Part shown: positions 26,062-39,600 of the stretch, in pieces
Numbering within the stretch: the first letter of the stretch is position 1
How the letters are laid out: every line of letters begins with the position of its first letter
Source of the DNA: Macrostomum hystrix
Taxonomy: Eukaryota; Animalia; Platyhelminthes
Length of the DNA stretch: 64,000 nucleotides
Direction of reading: 5' to 3'
Assembly (NCBI GenBank): GCA_950097015.1
Contig: CATNEN010000025.1
Span: 310,001 to 374,000 of the forward strand
Position numbers and translations under genes: made by a program
The notes under the pieces: model-generated
The model's database searches: none
What the model was told of the DNA's origin: nothing
What the model saw: only the letters and a program-made list of their open reading frames with translations

Positions 26062-28091
26062 CAGCGATAGGGACAGGGACACAGAGACAGAGATAGGGAC
26101 AGGGACAGGGACACAGAGACAGAGATAGGGACAGGGACAGGGACACAGAGACAGAGACAGAGACAGGGACAGGGACACAGAGACAGGGACAGGGACTGGG
26201 ACATGGACATGGACATGGACAGAGACAAAAAGTGCAAAGGATAAATTATAAGCACAGGCAGATAAAAACTGAATATTTTGTAGCAAAAAGTTCCTGCCGA
26301 AAAAACGCAAAATCTATAGGAGACAGCGCGAGCGCGAGCGATTTTGGGATAAAAATATACGGCGAGGATTATTAATTCATGTGGGTGCATCGAGGGCAGG
26401 CCAGGAGTGGGGCCAGAAAGTGGTGAATATTTCAGCCTCATCTGCTCTCCCCTTTCCAAAAAGAATGCGGCAGATTTTTTTCATGCTTTTCATGAACTTC
26501 ATTTTCCACACTGGAGATTGGCGAAGAAAGTTGCCATTTCAAGAGACGCAGTACCGATATCCTCAATTTCTTATCACTTACGCGATTAATTTGCTAATTT
26601 TGCTGGACTTCTGATTCATAGGGACTCTAAACTAAAATCTGATTCTATCTGATTGTGACGGGACTCACCTTGAATGTGACGCGACTCGCCTTGAATATGA
26701 CGGGACTCACCTTGAATATGACGGGACTCACCTTGAATATGACGGGACTCACCTTGAATAGGACGGGACTCACCTTGAATACGCCGGGACTCACCTTGAA
26801 TATGACGGGACTCACCTTGAATATGACGGGACTCACCTTGAATGTGACGGGACTCACCTTGAATATGACGGGACTCACCTTGAATATGACGGGACTCACC
26901 TTGAATATGACGGGACTCGCCTTGAATATGCCGGGACTCACCTTGAATATGACGGGACTCACCTTGAATACGCCGGGACTCACCTTGAATATGACGGGAC
27001 TCACCTTGAATATGACGGGACTCACCTTGAATGTGACGGGACTCGCCTTGAATATGACGGGACTCACCTTGAATATGACGGGACTCGCCTTGAATATGCC
27101 GGGACTCACCTTGAATATGACGGGACTCGCCTTGAATATGACGGGACTCACCTTGAATGTGACGGGACTCACCTTGAATATGACGGGACTCGCCTTGAAT
27201 ATGACGGGACTCACCTTGAATAGGACGGGACTCACCTTGAATATGACGGGACTCGCCTTGAATGTGACGGGACTCACCTTGAATACGACAGCACTCACCT
27301 GTACAGTGATGGGACTCACCTGTACAGTGACGGGACTCACCTGTACAGTGACGGGACTCGCCTGTACAGTGACGGGACTCACCTGGAATGTGACGGGGAA
27401 GGTGATGTGAGTCAATGGCCTCAAACAGCTCGTTTCCCCTTGACTGAACAGAGTCGGAGCCAGACGCGGGCATTGGGAGGTAGCGGCTACGCTGACGACT
27501 CATTAACCGATGCAACAACTTCGAGAATCAGCGGCAGTGTTGGCTTCAGCACCCTGGCCAGGCGAACCAATTCTCATCCGGAGTCACTGCCGCAGCAGCA
27601 GCAGCCTAGCTCAACGTCATTCGATACCGCGGCTGCAGAGTGCACGTGCGGTGCGGCATCTGGCAACTTTGACGATTGCGGCGGCTACGGCCACGTCCAC
27701 GCTCACTACGGCTACGGGGCGGTCGCCTCGATGCCAGCCTCAGCGCAGTCGACAAAGCGGCGGCTGGCCTTTGAAGATCAAGAAGATCGAGTCTGCGACA
27801 CTGACGAAGAACAGAATCGACTTCTTCTGCTTCAACAGCAGCAGCAGCAGCAGTTGCCACAAATCAGAGCCAGTCAGGGCGTTCGAGAGACCAGCGTCGA
27901 CGATATCCTGCGCAATCGAGCCGACAGCGTTGACTGGCCACCGCCACCGCCACAGCTGCAGCAGCAGCAGCAGCAGCAGCAGGGCCATGTGCAGCAGATG
28001 GACTCCTCGCCTGAAATGCCTGTAGATGGTGGCACTATGAGCCGCCTGTTGTCCGCATTTCCAGCCGTATCGCCCGCCTCAGCTCAGTTGA

Positions 28092-28141
<50 letters not shown>

Positions 28142-31100
28142 CTCATGCATCGTAGCTTGGGCGATGGCTTGCACTATTTCGGCAGTCAGAACCAGCAGCA
28201 GCAGCAGCAGCATTACAACCAAACTTATGCAGCAGACACATTGCCAAACTCTCCACAGTTGATGGCAGCTCAGCAGCGGCAGCGGCAGCAGCAGCAGCAG
28301 CAGCAGCAGCCAAGAAGAATCGGCAGCATGCGGCTTCCAGGAGGCGGCGATGGTGGCGGGGGACATCTTTCTTGGACGCCCAGTCCGGGCCGGATGGCGG
28401 CGAGCGGTGCAGGTGGGCAGCAGAGCGACTTTGGTGAGACTATTTCGCATGATTACATGAGCAATATTGTAACACGTGTGAGCAACGCATATTTCAATAT
28501 ATTTCCAACCCCAGAAACCAGCGCCGACCGAACTAGAAGCCAGAATCTGAGCGAGCACGCCAGCAGGAGCAGCCAGTCGCATCGTAGAAGCAAATCTCAG
28601 CATGATGTGAGTATCGGAATGCCTGCTAAACTTTACTGCTACAGGAACAACGACACCCTTCCTTCGCTCCAAAGCTTTACGGTGGGAATGACTCTAAACC
28701 TCCAACATGTCAGGCTAGGAAGAACTACTTAACCTCCAAGACTTCAGGCTAGGAAGAATTCCTTAACCTCCCAGACTTCAGGCTAGGAAGAATTCCTTAA
28801 CCTCCAAGACTTCAGGCTAGGAAGAATTCCTTAACCTCCAAGACTTCAGGCTAGGAAGAATTCCTTAACCTCCAAGACTTCAGGCTAGGAAGAATTCCTT
28901 AACCTCCCAGACTTCAGGCTAGGAAGAATTCCTTAACCTCCAAGACTTCAGGCTAGGAAGAATTCCTTAACCTCCAAGACTTCAGGCTAGGAAGAATTCC
29001 TTAACCTCCAAGACTTCAGGCTAGGAAGAACTACTTAACCTCCAAGACTTCAGGCTAGGAAGAATTCCTTAACCTCCCAGACTTCAGGCTAGGAAGAATT
29101 CCTTAACCTCCAAGACTTCAGGCTAGGAAGAATTCCTCAACCTCCAAGACTTCAGGCTAGGAAGAATTCCTTAACCTCCAAGACTTCAGGCTAGGAAGAA
29201 CTGCTTAACCTCCAAGACTTCAGGCTAGGAAGCTTTCCTTAACCTCCAAGACTTCAGGCTAGGAATAATTCCTTAACATCCAAAACTTCAGACTAGGAAG
29301 CACTACTTAACCTCCAAGACTTCAGGCTAGGAAGCTTTCCTTAACCTCCCAGACTTCAGGCTAGAAAGAATTCCTCAACCTCCCAGACTTCAGGCTAGGA
29401 ATAATTCCTCAACCTTAAAGACTTCAGACTAGGAAGCACTCCTTAACCTCCAAGACTTCAGGCTAGGAAGCTTTCCTTAACCTCCAAGACTTCAGGCTAG
29501 GAATAATTCCTTAACATCCAAAACTTCAGACTAGGAAGCACTACTTAACCTCCAAGACTTCAGGCTAGGAAGCTTTCCTTAACCTCCCAGACTTCAGGCT
29601 AGGAAGAACTGCTTAACCTCCAAGACTTCAGGCTAGGAAGAATTCCTTAACCTCCAAGACTTCAGGCTAGGAAGAACTGCTTAACCTCCAAGACTTCAGG
29701 CTAGGAAGAATTCCTTAACCTCCAAGACTTCAGGCTAGGAAGAATTCCTTAACCTCCCAGACTTCAGGCTAGGAAGAATTCCTTAACCTCCAAGACTTCA
29801 GGCTAGGAAGAATTCCTTAACCTCCCAGACTTCAGGCTAGGAAGAATTCCTTAACCTCCCAGACTTCAGGCTAGGAAGAACTGCTTAACCTCCAAGACTT
29901 CAGGCTAGGAAGAATTCCTTAACCTCCCAGACTTCAGGCTAGGAAGAATTCCTTAACCTCCCAGACTTCAGGCTAGGAAGAATTCCTTAACCTCCAAGAC
30001 TTCAGGCTAGGAAGAATTCCTTAACCTCCAAGACTTCAGGCTAGGAAGAATTCCTTAACCTCCAAGACTTCAGGCTAGGAAGAATTCCTTAACCTCCCAG
30101 ACTTCAGGCTAGGAAGAATTCCTTAACCTCCCAGACTTCAGGCTAGGAAGAATTCCTTAACCTCCCAGACTTCAGGCTAGGAAGAATTCCTTAACCTCCC
30201 AGACTTCAGGCTAGGAAGAACTACTTAACCTCCAAGACTTCAGGCTAGGAAGAACTGCTTAACCTCCAAGACTTCAGGCTAGGAAGCTTTCCTTAACCTC
30301 CAAGACTTCAGGCTAGGAAGAACTACTTAACCTCCAAGACTTCAGGCTAGGAAGCTTTCCTTAACCTCCAAGACTTCAGGCTAGGAAGCTTTCCTTAACC
30401 TCCAAGACTTCAGGCTAGGAAGAACTGCTTAACCTCCAAGACTTCAGGCTAGGAAGAACTGCTTAACCTCCAAGAATTCCTTAACCTCCAAGACTTCAGG
30501 CTAGGAAGAACTGCTTAACCTCCAAGACTTCAGGCTAGGAAGAACTGCTTAACCTCCAAGACTTCAGGCTAGGAAGAACTGCTTAACCTCCAAGAATTCC
30601 TTAACCTCCAAGACTTCAGGCTAGGAAGCGGTCAGCTGGTTGCGCAGAAACTCTACCCGTAAAGTTATTTTCTTATTTCGAATTCAGTGTAGGTCCTCAT
30701 CACTTCAAGCCTGAGGTGCGGACTCTTAAGTTCAGTCTAACAAATCCTAAAAGAAGATTTATTGACTTTAGACGCGAACTCTCAGAAGGGACCATTATAA
30801 AAAAATGCTGTCATTCAATAGTGACACGAGGCTGTGTAAATATTCTGAAGTTTTCCAAACTCCGCATACTCGATGGCGTAGGTCCCTTGCCCGAAGATAA
30901 AAAAAAGCATCGTGACCAGCTGTCACAGGTGCTGCTGATAACAGCGAAACGCTGCCCCGACTGATTCCGTCTCTGTAGTCGCCCTTCTGTTCAAAGCGAT
31001 TCAAACTTCAAGTCCTTTAGTAGCCGGCAGAGTGCCCGGCAGTTTTTCCAAGTCAGACTAAATCATAGACTACTACTGACTGCACCGCGCTTACAATGGT

Positions 31101-33157
31101 CCGGGTTAGAGTGACAAGGACAGCTGGGTGGGGCCTGGTGCGGCCTTCAAGCTGCTCTTTTCTGCTCTCTCTCTCCCTCTCTCTCTCCTTTTTTGTAGGA
31201 AAATATGTAAACGATGAATTACGGGATGGAAACATGAAGCATCAGTTTTGAGGATAATAGACGGGATAAAAGAGAGGGGATCCTGATAGAATAAGAACTG
31301 AATTTTAGAGAGGAAAGGAAGCGAGATGTGTGACAGATAGCAAAGGAGGGGATTTGGTGGCAAGATGGAAAGGGAGAAAAGAAAAGAATGCTTAAAGAAA
31401 CATGGCATGAAAGAGGACGAGGGTATAGGGATATAGGGAGAATGGACAGAGGGAGACGGGATAAAGGGAGAAGGGATAAAGGGAGAAGGGATAGAGCGAG
31501 AAGGGATAAAGGGAGAATGGATAAAGGGAGAAGGGATAAAGGGAGAATGGATAAAGGGAGAAGGGATAAAGGGAGAATGGATAAAGGGAGAATGGATAGA
31601 GCGAGAAGGGATAAAGGGAGAAGGGATAAAGGGAGAAGGGATATCGGGAGAAGGGATAAAGGGAGAATGGATAAAGGGAGAAGGGATAAAGGGAGACGGG
31701 ATAAAGGGAGAAGGGATAAAGGGAGAATGGATAAAGGGAGAATGGATAGAGCGAGAAGGGATAAAGGGAGAAGGGATAAAGGGAGAAGGGATAAAGGGAG
31801 AAGGGATAGAGGGAGAAGGGATAAAGGGAGACGGGATAAAGGGAGAATGGATAAAGGGAGAATGGATAGAGCGAGAAGGGATAAAGGGAGAAGGGATAAA
31901 GGGAGAAGGGATAAAGGGAGAAGGGATAGAGGGAGAAGGGATAAAGGGAGAAGGGATAAAGGGAGAAGGGATAAAGGGAGAATGGATAAAGGGAGAATGG
32001 ATAGAGCGAGAAGGGATAAAGGGAGAAGGGATAAAGGGAGAAGGGATAAAGGGAGAAGGGATAGAGGGAGAAGGGATAAAGGGAGAAGGGATAAAGGGAG
32101 ACGGGATAAAGGGAGAAGGGATAAAGGGAGAAGGGATAAAGGGAGAAGGGATAAAGGGAGACGGGATAAAGGGAGAAGGGATAAAGGGAGAATGGATAAA
32201 TGGAGAATGGATAGAGCGAGAAGGGATAAAGGGAGAAGGGATAAAGGGAGAAGGGATATCGGGAGAAGGGATAAAGGGAGAAGGGATAAAGGGAGAAGGG
32301 ATAAAGGGAGACGGGATAAAGGGAGACGGGATAAAAGGAGACGGGATAAAGGGAGAAGGGATAAAAGGAGATGGGATAAAGGGAGAAGGGATAAAGGGAG
32401 AAGGGATAAAGGGAGAAGGGATAAAGGGAGAAGGGATAAAGGGAGAAGGGATAAAGGGAGAAGGGATAAAGGGAGAAGGGATAAAGGGAGACGGGATAAA
32501 GGGAGACGGGATAAAAGGAGACGGGATAAAGGGAGAAGGGATATAGGGAGAAGAGAAAAATTGGAGTGGGCATTGATGGATGGAGAAATTTAGTAATGGC
32601 AAGTGCACTGTATTTTAAAGTCCTTGTTTTTTAAAGGGCCTGTTCTATAAAACTCGTATTCTTAAGTTCAAACCAACAAGAATTACCTATAAGTAATAGA
32701 ATGCCAAGTTTTAAGAGCCATAGGCTTGTGACACGGTGATAAAATATACAATATTCACTCAATGGGGTCGCCCGACCGAGCACCCTGACCCCATGTCTTC
32801 TATGAACCTTCAACGAAGCGTGTCAATTTGTTTGCCAGCAATCTAAAAGCACACTGGCAATATTCTTGAATGGAGGAAGAAGGGGAAAATTCCCTACGGA
32901 CTTCTGCTGAGACGCTCTCGAGGCAGCTTGGGACTTGGGTCCCGCCTCTGCAGCAGCTCCGCCCGAACCCCCATCGCAATTATTGCTATCGTGCCTTGGC
33001 CGCTAGGACTGCGACAGAGAATTGCAGGACGCTTCTCTGAGAATCTCATCACATTCTGGTCTATTGCTTTCTGTCTGATGAATGAATTTTCATTGGCGTC
33101 AATTCGAATTCTGTTCAGGACATCCTAGATGTATGACAGGCTTCTTACTAACAGCTG

Positions 33158-33195
<38 letters not shown>

Positions 33196-33641
33196 CAGTA
33201 GCAGCAGCAGCAGCAGCAGCAACAGCAGTATAATACCAGCAGCAGGAGCAGCAGCATTACAGTAGCAGCAGCAGTAGCAGCAGTAGCGGTAGCAGCAGCA
33301 GCAGTAGCAGCAGCAGCCGCAGTAGCAGCAGTAGCAGCAGCAGCAGCAGTTGCAGCAGCAACCGCCGAGACTGCGGCGCCACAGACACCACGGACCACGT
33401 CCTGCATCACTGCCCTAGGGGCGACGCGGCCCGTCACCGCATCTTCGGCACTGGCGACCCCCTGACCGGCCCCGCCGGGAAGATTATTGCCTACCTCCGC
33501 GACATGGGGCGTTGGCCCCCGCCAATATTAGCGCCGATGCGCTACCGGCGAGCTGAGTAAACGAAGAAGAAGAAGAAGAAGCAGCAGCAGTAATAGCAGC
33601 AACAGTAGTAGCAGCAGTATCAGTAGAGCAGCAGTAGCAGC

Positions 33642-33680
<39 letters not shown>

Positions 33681-36600
33681 AATTGCAGCAGCAGCTGCAG
33701 TAGCAGCAGCAGCAGCAGCCATTGCGACAGCCGCATCGATGAATTGCTGTGTTGTCGATTCCCGCATCAGATAACCCATAATAGCTTCGTAATGGATAGT
33801 CATGATTAAATTTTCTAGGCTGGCCTAGAATATTTTTTCCTCATTCCTGTGGCTTTAAGCTATCTACTAAGGTAGATGGGCGATTTCGGAGCGCCTTGAA
33901 ACTAGAACCACACCCACCATTCTAAAAAAATTAATCCACGACGCCTGGAAAAATCCAAGAGTAACCTTCTCTAGCAAGCAGTGTCTGGTTTCACCTCACT
34001 GCTTCAGTCTACTTTTTTGGCCTAGAAACAGTAAAAGCAACGTAGAGGATTCTGAGCCAAAGAAATTTTATTCCAAATCTGCATGCATGACCAATTTTCT
34101 TCACCGCGACACAAGCCACTCTTAGGTACCGAATTGTTGTCCATAAGAAAAACTATGGGAGTTTTTATCATTAAAAAATCTATATAGAAACTCTACTGAC
34201 TTGACCCCATAAACTGACCTGACCATGAGAACTGGCCATGAGAACTGGCCATGAGAACTGACACTAGACAGAACACCCTGACACCCTGATCCATTCACCC
34301 GCCACCTCCTTAGGCCTGGGAGTCGGACTCGGAGGGCGGCAGCGTATCCAGCTTGGACTCCAGCCTGAGCAATCTGCACTCGGAGAGTCAGGCCTCACTG
34401 GCCAGACAGTCGGGAGCGATTCGCAAGTCCGGGTGAGTAAAATGCGCATGAATTACTTGCAGTAGTGTTCAATCTCTTAAAAATGAAACTTTTAAATGAA
34501 AAAACCAAGAAAGTTGATTATTGAACCTAAAATTCGTACAGCAGTATTTGACAGTATTGCCCCTCTCACAGAATTGCGCCAAGAACTGCAGCACGATTTC
34601 TCAGCGAAAATTAGTTTATAGAATCAACTGAATAAAATAACCTGAAGAACCGCCGCAAGAATCCCATTAAGAATTGCCGCCTTAGGAATCGCATCGATAC
34701 TCGCATCAGGAATCGAATTAACAATCGCATGAAGAATCGCATGAAGAATCGCATGAAGAATCGCATGAAGAATCGTATCAAGAATCGCATCAGGAATCGC
34801 ATCAAGAATAGCATCAAGAATCACACCAAGAATCGCATGAAGAATCGCATGAAGAATCGTATCAAGAATCGTATCAAGAATCGCATCAGGAATCGCATCA
34901 CGAATCGCATCAAGAATCGCATGAAGGATCGCAATAAGAATCGCATGAAGAATCGTATCAGGAATCGCATCAAGAATAGCATCAAGAATCACACCAAGAA
35001 TCGCATGAAGAATCGCATGAAGAATCGTATCAAGAATCGTATCAAGAATCGCATCAGGAATCGCATCACGAATCGCATCAAGAATCGCATGAAGGATCGC
35101 AATAAGAATCGCATGAAGAATCGTATCAGGAATCGCATCAGGAATCGCATCAAGAATCGCATGAAGGATCGCAATAAGAATCGCATCAAGAATCGTCCAG
35201 AGAGTCGCATCAAGAATCGCATCAAGAATCGTCCGGAGAGTCGCATCAAGAATCGCATGAAGAATCGCATCAAGAATCGTCCAGAGAGTCGCATCAAGAA
35301 TCGTCCGGAGAGTCGCATCAAGAATCGCATGAAGAATCGCATCAAGAATCGTCCAGAGAGTCGCATCAGGAATCGCATCAAGAATCGTCCGGAGAGTCGC
35401 ATGAAGAATCGCATCAAGAATCGTCCGGAGAGTCGCATGAAGAATCGCATCAAGAATCGTCCGGAGAGTCGCATCAAGAATCGCATGAAGAATCGCATCA
35501 AGAATCGTCCAGAGAGTCGCATCAGGAATCGCATCAAGAATCGTCCGGAGAGTCGCATGAAGAATCGCATCAAGAATCGTCCGGAGAGTCGCATCAAGAA
35601 TCGCATGAAGAATCACAATAAGAATCGCATGAGAAATTGTCTCAAGAATCGTGGCCTTCGCTTGTGGAGACCACAAAAAAAGATGATGGCCCAGACTATG
35701 CTATTTAACTCAATTAGCTAAATATTGATATTAACGAAAATATTTTGTCCATTCTGTGCTTGGCCGCGTCATCACAAAATTACAAATTACGACATTTCCT
35801 TCACTATACATATCTTCTAGTGCATATCGTTTGAGACCAAATTGGATTGGGTAACTCGATAGCTTTTGTAGAAATGTAACATTGACTGGAAAATGGCTAG
35901 TCTATTTCCATTGTGATCGATGTAATCAGAAAATGTGGAAGCACCAGGTAAGTGTTCAATAAAATGGATTGCACGGAAGAGCTAATTAGATACTTTGACA
36001 ATAAAAATGCCACTGATTTTTATGGCAATGACCTGTGAAGTTACCTCCAAAATTTAATGGTAGATATTCAAGCCAGCTTATTCACAGCTAGACTATATGG
36101 AAAGCTTTCTAGAAATTCAGTTCGCCATAGTTTTACTAACACAACTCAAATAATCTGCCCAAGAATCTCACATAGAAATCACTAGGAATCTGATGATTAG
36201 AAGCAGCCGAAGAATCTTCGACAAGAAAGAATCAGCCCAAGAGTCTTCCGAAAGAAAGAATCAGCCCGAGAATCTTCCGAAAGAAAGAATCAGCCCGAGA
36301 ATCTTCCGAAAGAAAGAATCAGCCCGAGAATCTTCGACAAGAAAGAATCAGCCCGAGAATCTTCGACAAGAAAGAATCAGCCCGAGAATCTTCCGAAAGA
36401 AAGAATCAGCCCGAGAATCTTCCGAAAGAAAGAATCAGCCCGAGAATCTTCGACAAGAAAGAATCAGCCCGAGAATCTTCGACAAGAAAGAATCAGCCCG
36501 AGAATCTTCGACAAGAAAGAATCAGCCCGAGAATTTTCGACAAGAAAGAATCAGCCCGAGAATTTTCGACAAGAAAGAATCAGCCCGAGAATCTTCCGAA

Positions 36601-39600
36601 AGAAAGAATCAGCCCGAGAATCTTCGACAAGAAAGAATCAGCCCGAGAATCTTCGACAGGAAAGAATCAGCCCGAGAATCTTCGACAAGAAAGAATCGCC
36701 TGAGAATCTTCTGAAAGAAAGAATCAGCCCGAGAATCTTCTGAAAGAAAGAATCAGCCCGAGAATCTTCCGAAAGAAAGAATCAGCCCGAGAATCTTCCG
36801 AAAGAAAGAATCAGCCCAAGAATCTTCCACGAGAAAGAATCAGCCCGAGAATCTTCCGAAAGAAAGAATCAGCCCAAGAATCTTCGAAAAGAAAGAATCA
36901 GCCCGAGAATCTTCGACAAGAAAGAATCAGCCCGAGAGTCTTCCGAAAGAAAGAATCAGCCCGAGAATCTTCCGAAAGAAAGAATCAGCCCGAGAATCTT
37001 CGACAAGAAAGAATCAGCCCGAGAATCTTCGACAAGAAAGAATCAGCCCGAGAATCTTCGACAAGAAAGAATCAGCTCGAGAATCTTCTGAGAGAAAGAA
37101 TCAGCCCGAGAATCTTCCGAAAGAAAGAATCAGCCCGAGAATCTTCCGAAAGAAAGAATCAGCCCGAGAATCTTCGACAAGAAAGAATCAGCCCGAGAAT
37201 CTTCGACAAGAAAGAATCAGCCCGAGAATTTTCGACAAGAAAGAATCAGCCCGAGAATCTTCGACAAGAAAGAATCAGCCCGAGAATCTTCGACAAGAAA
37301 GAATCAGCCCGAGAATCTTCGACAAGAAAGAATCAGCCCGAGAATCTTCGACAAGAAAGAATCAGCCCGAGAATCTTCGACAGGAAAGAATCAGCCCGAG
37401 AATCTTCGACAAGAAAGAATCGCCTGAGAATCTTCTGAAAGAAAGAATCAGCCCGAGAATCTTCTGAAAGAAAGAATCAGCCCGAGAATCTTCCGAAAGA
37501 AAGAATCAGCCCGAGAATCTTCCGAAAGAAAGAATCAGCCCAAGAATATTCCACGAGAAAGAATCAGCCCGAGAATCTTCCGAAAGAAAGAATCAGCCCG
37601 AGAATCTTCGAAAAGAAAGAATCAGCCCGAGAATCTTCGACAAGAAAGAATCAGCCCGAGAGTCTTCCGAAAGAAAGAATCAGCCCGAGAATCTTCCGAA
37701 AGAAAGAATCAGCCTGAGAATCTTCGACAAGAAAGAATCAGCCCGAGAATCTTCGACAAGAAAGAATCAGCCCGAGAATCTTCGACAAGAAAGAATCAGC
37801 CCGAGAATCTTCGACAAGAAAGAATCAGCTCGAGAATCTTCTGCGAGAAAGAATCAGCCCGAGAATCTTCGACAAGAAAGAATCAGCCCGAGAATCTTCC
37901 GAAAGAAAGAATCAGCCCGAGAATCTTCGACAAGAAAGAATCAGCCCGAGAATCTTCGACAAGAAAGAATCAGCCCGAGAATCTTCGACAAGAAAGAATC
38001 AGCCCGAGAATCTTCGACAGGAAAGAATCAGCCCGAGAATCTTCGACAGGAAAGAATCAGCCCGAGAATCTTCGACAAGAAAGAATCGCCTGAGAATCTT
38101 CTGAAAGAAAGAATCAGCCCGAGAATCTTCCGAAAGAAAGAATCAGCCGAGAGTCTTCCGAAAGAAAGAATCAGCCCGAGAATCTTCCGAAAGAAAGAAT
38201 CAGCCCGAGAATCTTCCGAAAGAAAGAATCAGCCCGAGAATCTTCCGAAAGAAAGAATCAGCCCGAGAATCTTCCGAAAGAAAGAATCAGCCCGAGAATC
38301 TTCCGAAAGAAAGAATCAGCCCGAGAATCTTCCGAAAGAAAGAATCAGCCCGAGAATCTTCCGAAAGAAAGAATCAGCCCAAGAATCTTCCACGAGAAAG
38401 AATCAGCCCAAGAATCTTCCGAAAGAAAGAATCAGCCCGAGAATCTTCGACAAGAAAGAATCAGCCCGAGAATCTTCGACAAGAAAGAATCAGCCCGAGA
38501 ATCTTCGACAAGAAAGAATCAGCTCGAGAATCTTCTGAGAGAAAGAATCAGCCCGAGAATCTTCCGAAAGAAAGAATCAGCCCGAGAATCTTCCGAAAGA
38601 AAGAATCAGCCCGAGAATCTTCGACAAGAAAGAATCAGCCCGAGAATCTTCGACAAGAAAGAATCAGCCCGAGAATTTTCGACAAGAAAGAATCAGCCCG
38701 AGAATCTTCCGAAAGAAAGAATCAGCCCGAGAATCTTCGACAAGAAAGAATCAGCCCGAGAATCTTCGACAAGAAAGAATCAGCCCGAGAATCTTCCGAA
38801 AGAAAGAATCAGCCCGAGAATCTTCGACAAGAAAGAATCGCCTGAGAATCTTCTGAAAGAAAGAATCAGCCCGAGAATCTTCCGAAAGAAAGAATCAGCC
38901 CAAGAATCTTCGAAAAGAAAGAATCAGCCCGAGAATCTTCGACAAGAAAGAATCAGCCCGAGAGTCTTCCGAAAGAAAGAATCAGCCCGAGAATCTTCCG
39001 AAAGAAAGAATCAGCCTGAGAATCTTCGACAAGAAAGAATCAGCCCGAGAATCTTCGACAAGAAAGAATCAGCCCGAGAATCTTCGACAAGAAAGAATCA
39101 GCCCGAGAATCTTCGACAAGAAAGAATCAGCTCGAGAATCTTCTGAGAGAAAGAATCAGCCCGAGAATCTTCCGAAAGAAAGAATCAGCCCGAGAATCTT
39201 CCGAAAGAAAGAATCAGCCCGAGAATCTTCCGAAAGAAAGAATCAGCCCGAGAATCTTCCGAAAGAAAGAATCAGCCCGAGAATCTTCGACAAGAAAGAA
39301 TCAGCCCGAGAATCTTCGACAGGAAAGAATCAGCCCGAGAATCTTCGACAGGAAAGAATCAGCCCGAGAATCTTCGACAAGAAAGAATCGCCTGAGAATC
39401 TTCTGAAAGAAAGAATCAGCCCGAGAATCTTCCGAAAGAAAGAATCAGCCGAGAGTCTTCCGAAAGAAAGAATCAGCCCGAGAATCTTCCGAAAGAAAGA
39501 ATCAGCCCGAGAATCTTCCGAAAGAAAGAATCAGCCCGAGAATCTTCCGAAAGAAAGAATCAGCCCGAGAATCTTCCGAAAGAAAGAATCAGCCCGAGAA

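Noticed and set aside
28695-30628. CRISPR-like appearance of 28-34 bp repeats (also 36205-39895, 46139-48296, 23970-25066)
   Set aside because: Units are head-to-tail with no unique spacers, there are no cas genes, and the context is eukaryotic introns.
33119-33360. Extra polyQ/polyS exon of sif
   Set aside because: Candidate acceptors lead to in-frame stops in phase 0, and exons 4 and 5 already join in phase.
34624-36714. Repetitive ORFs (NRIK/ILDA/MRFL and KESARES repeats)
   Set aside because: Products of the 12-bp and 29-bp arrays with no domain or splice support.
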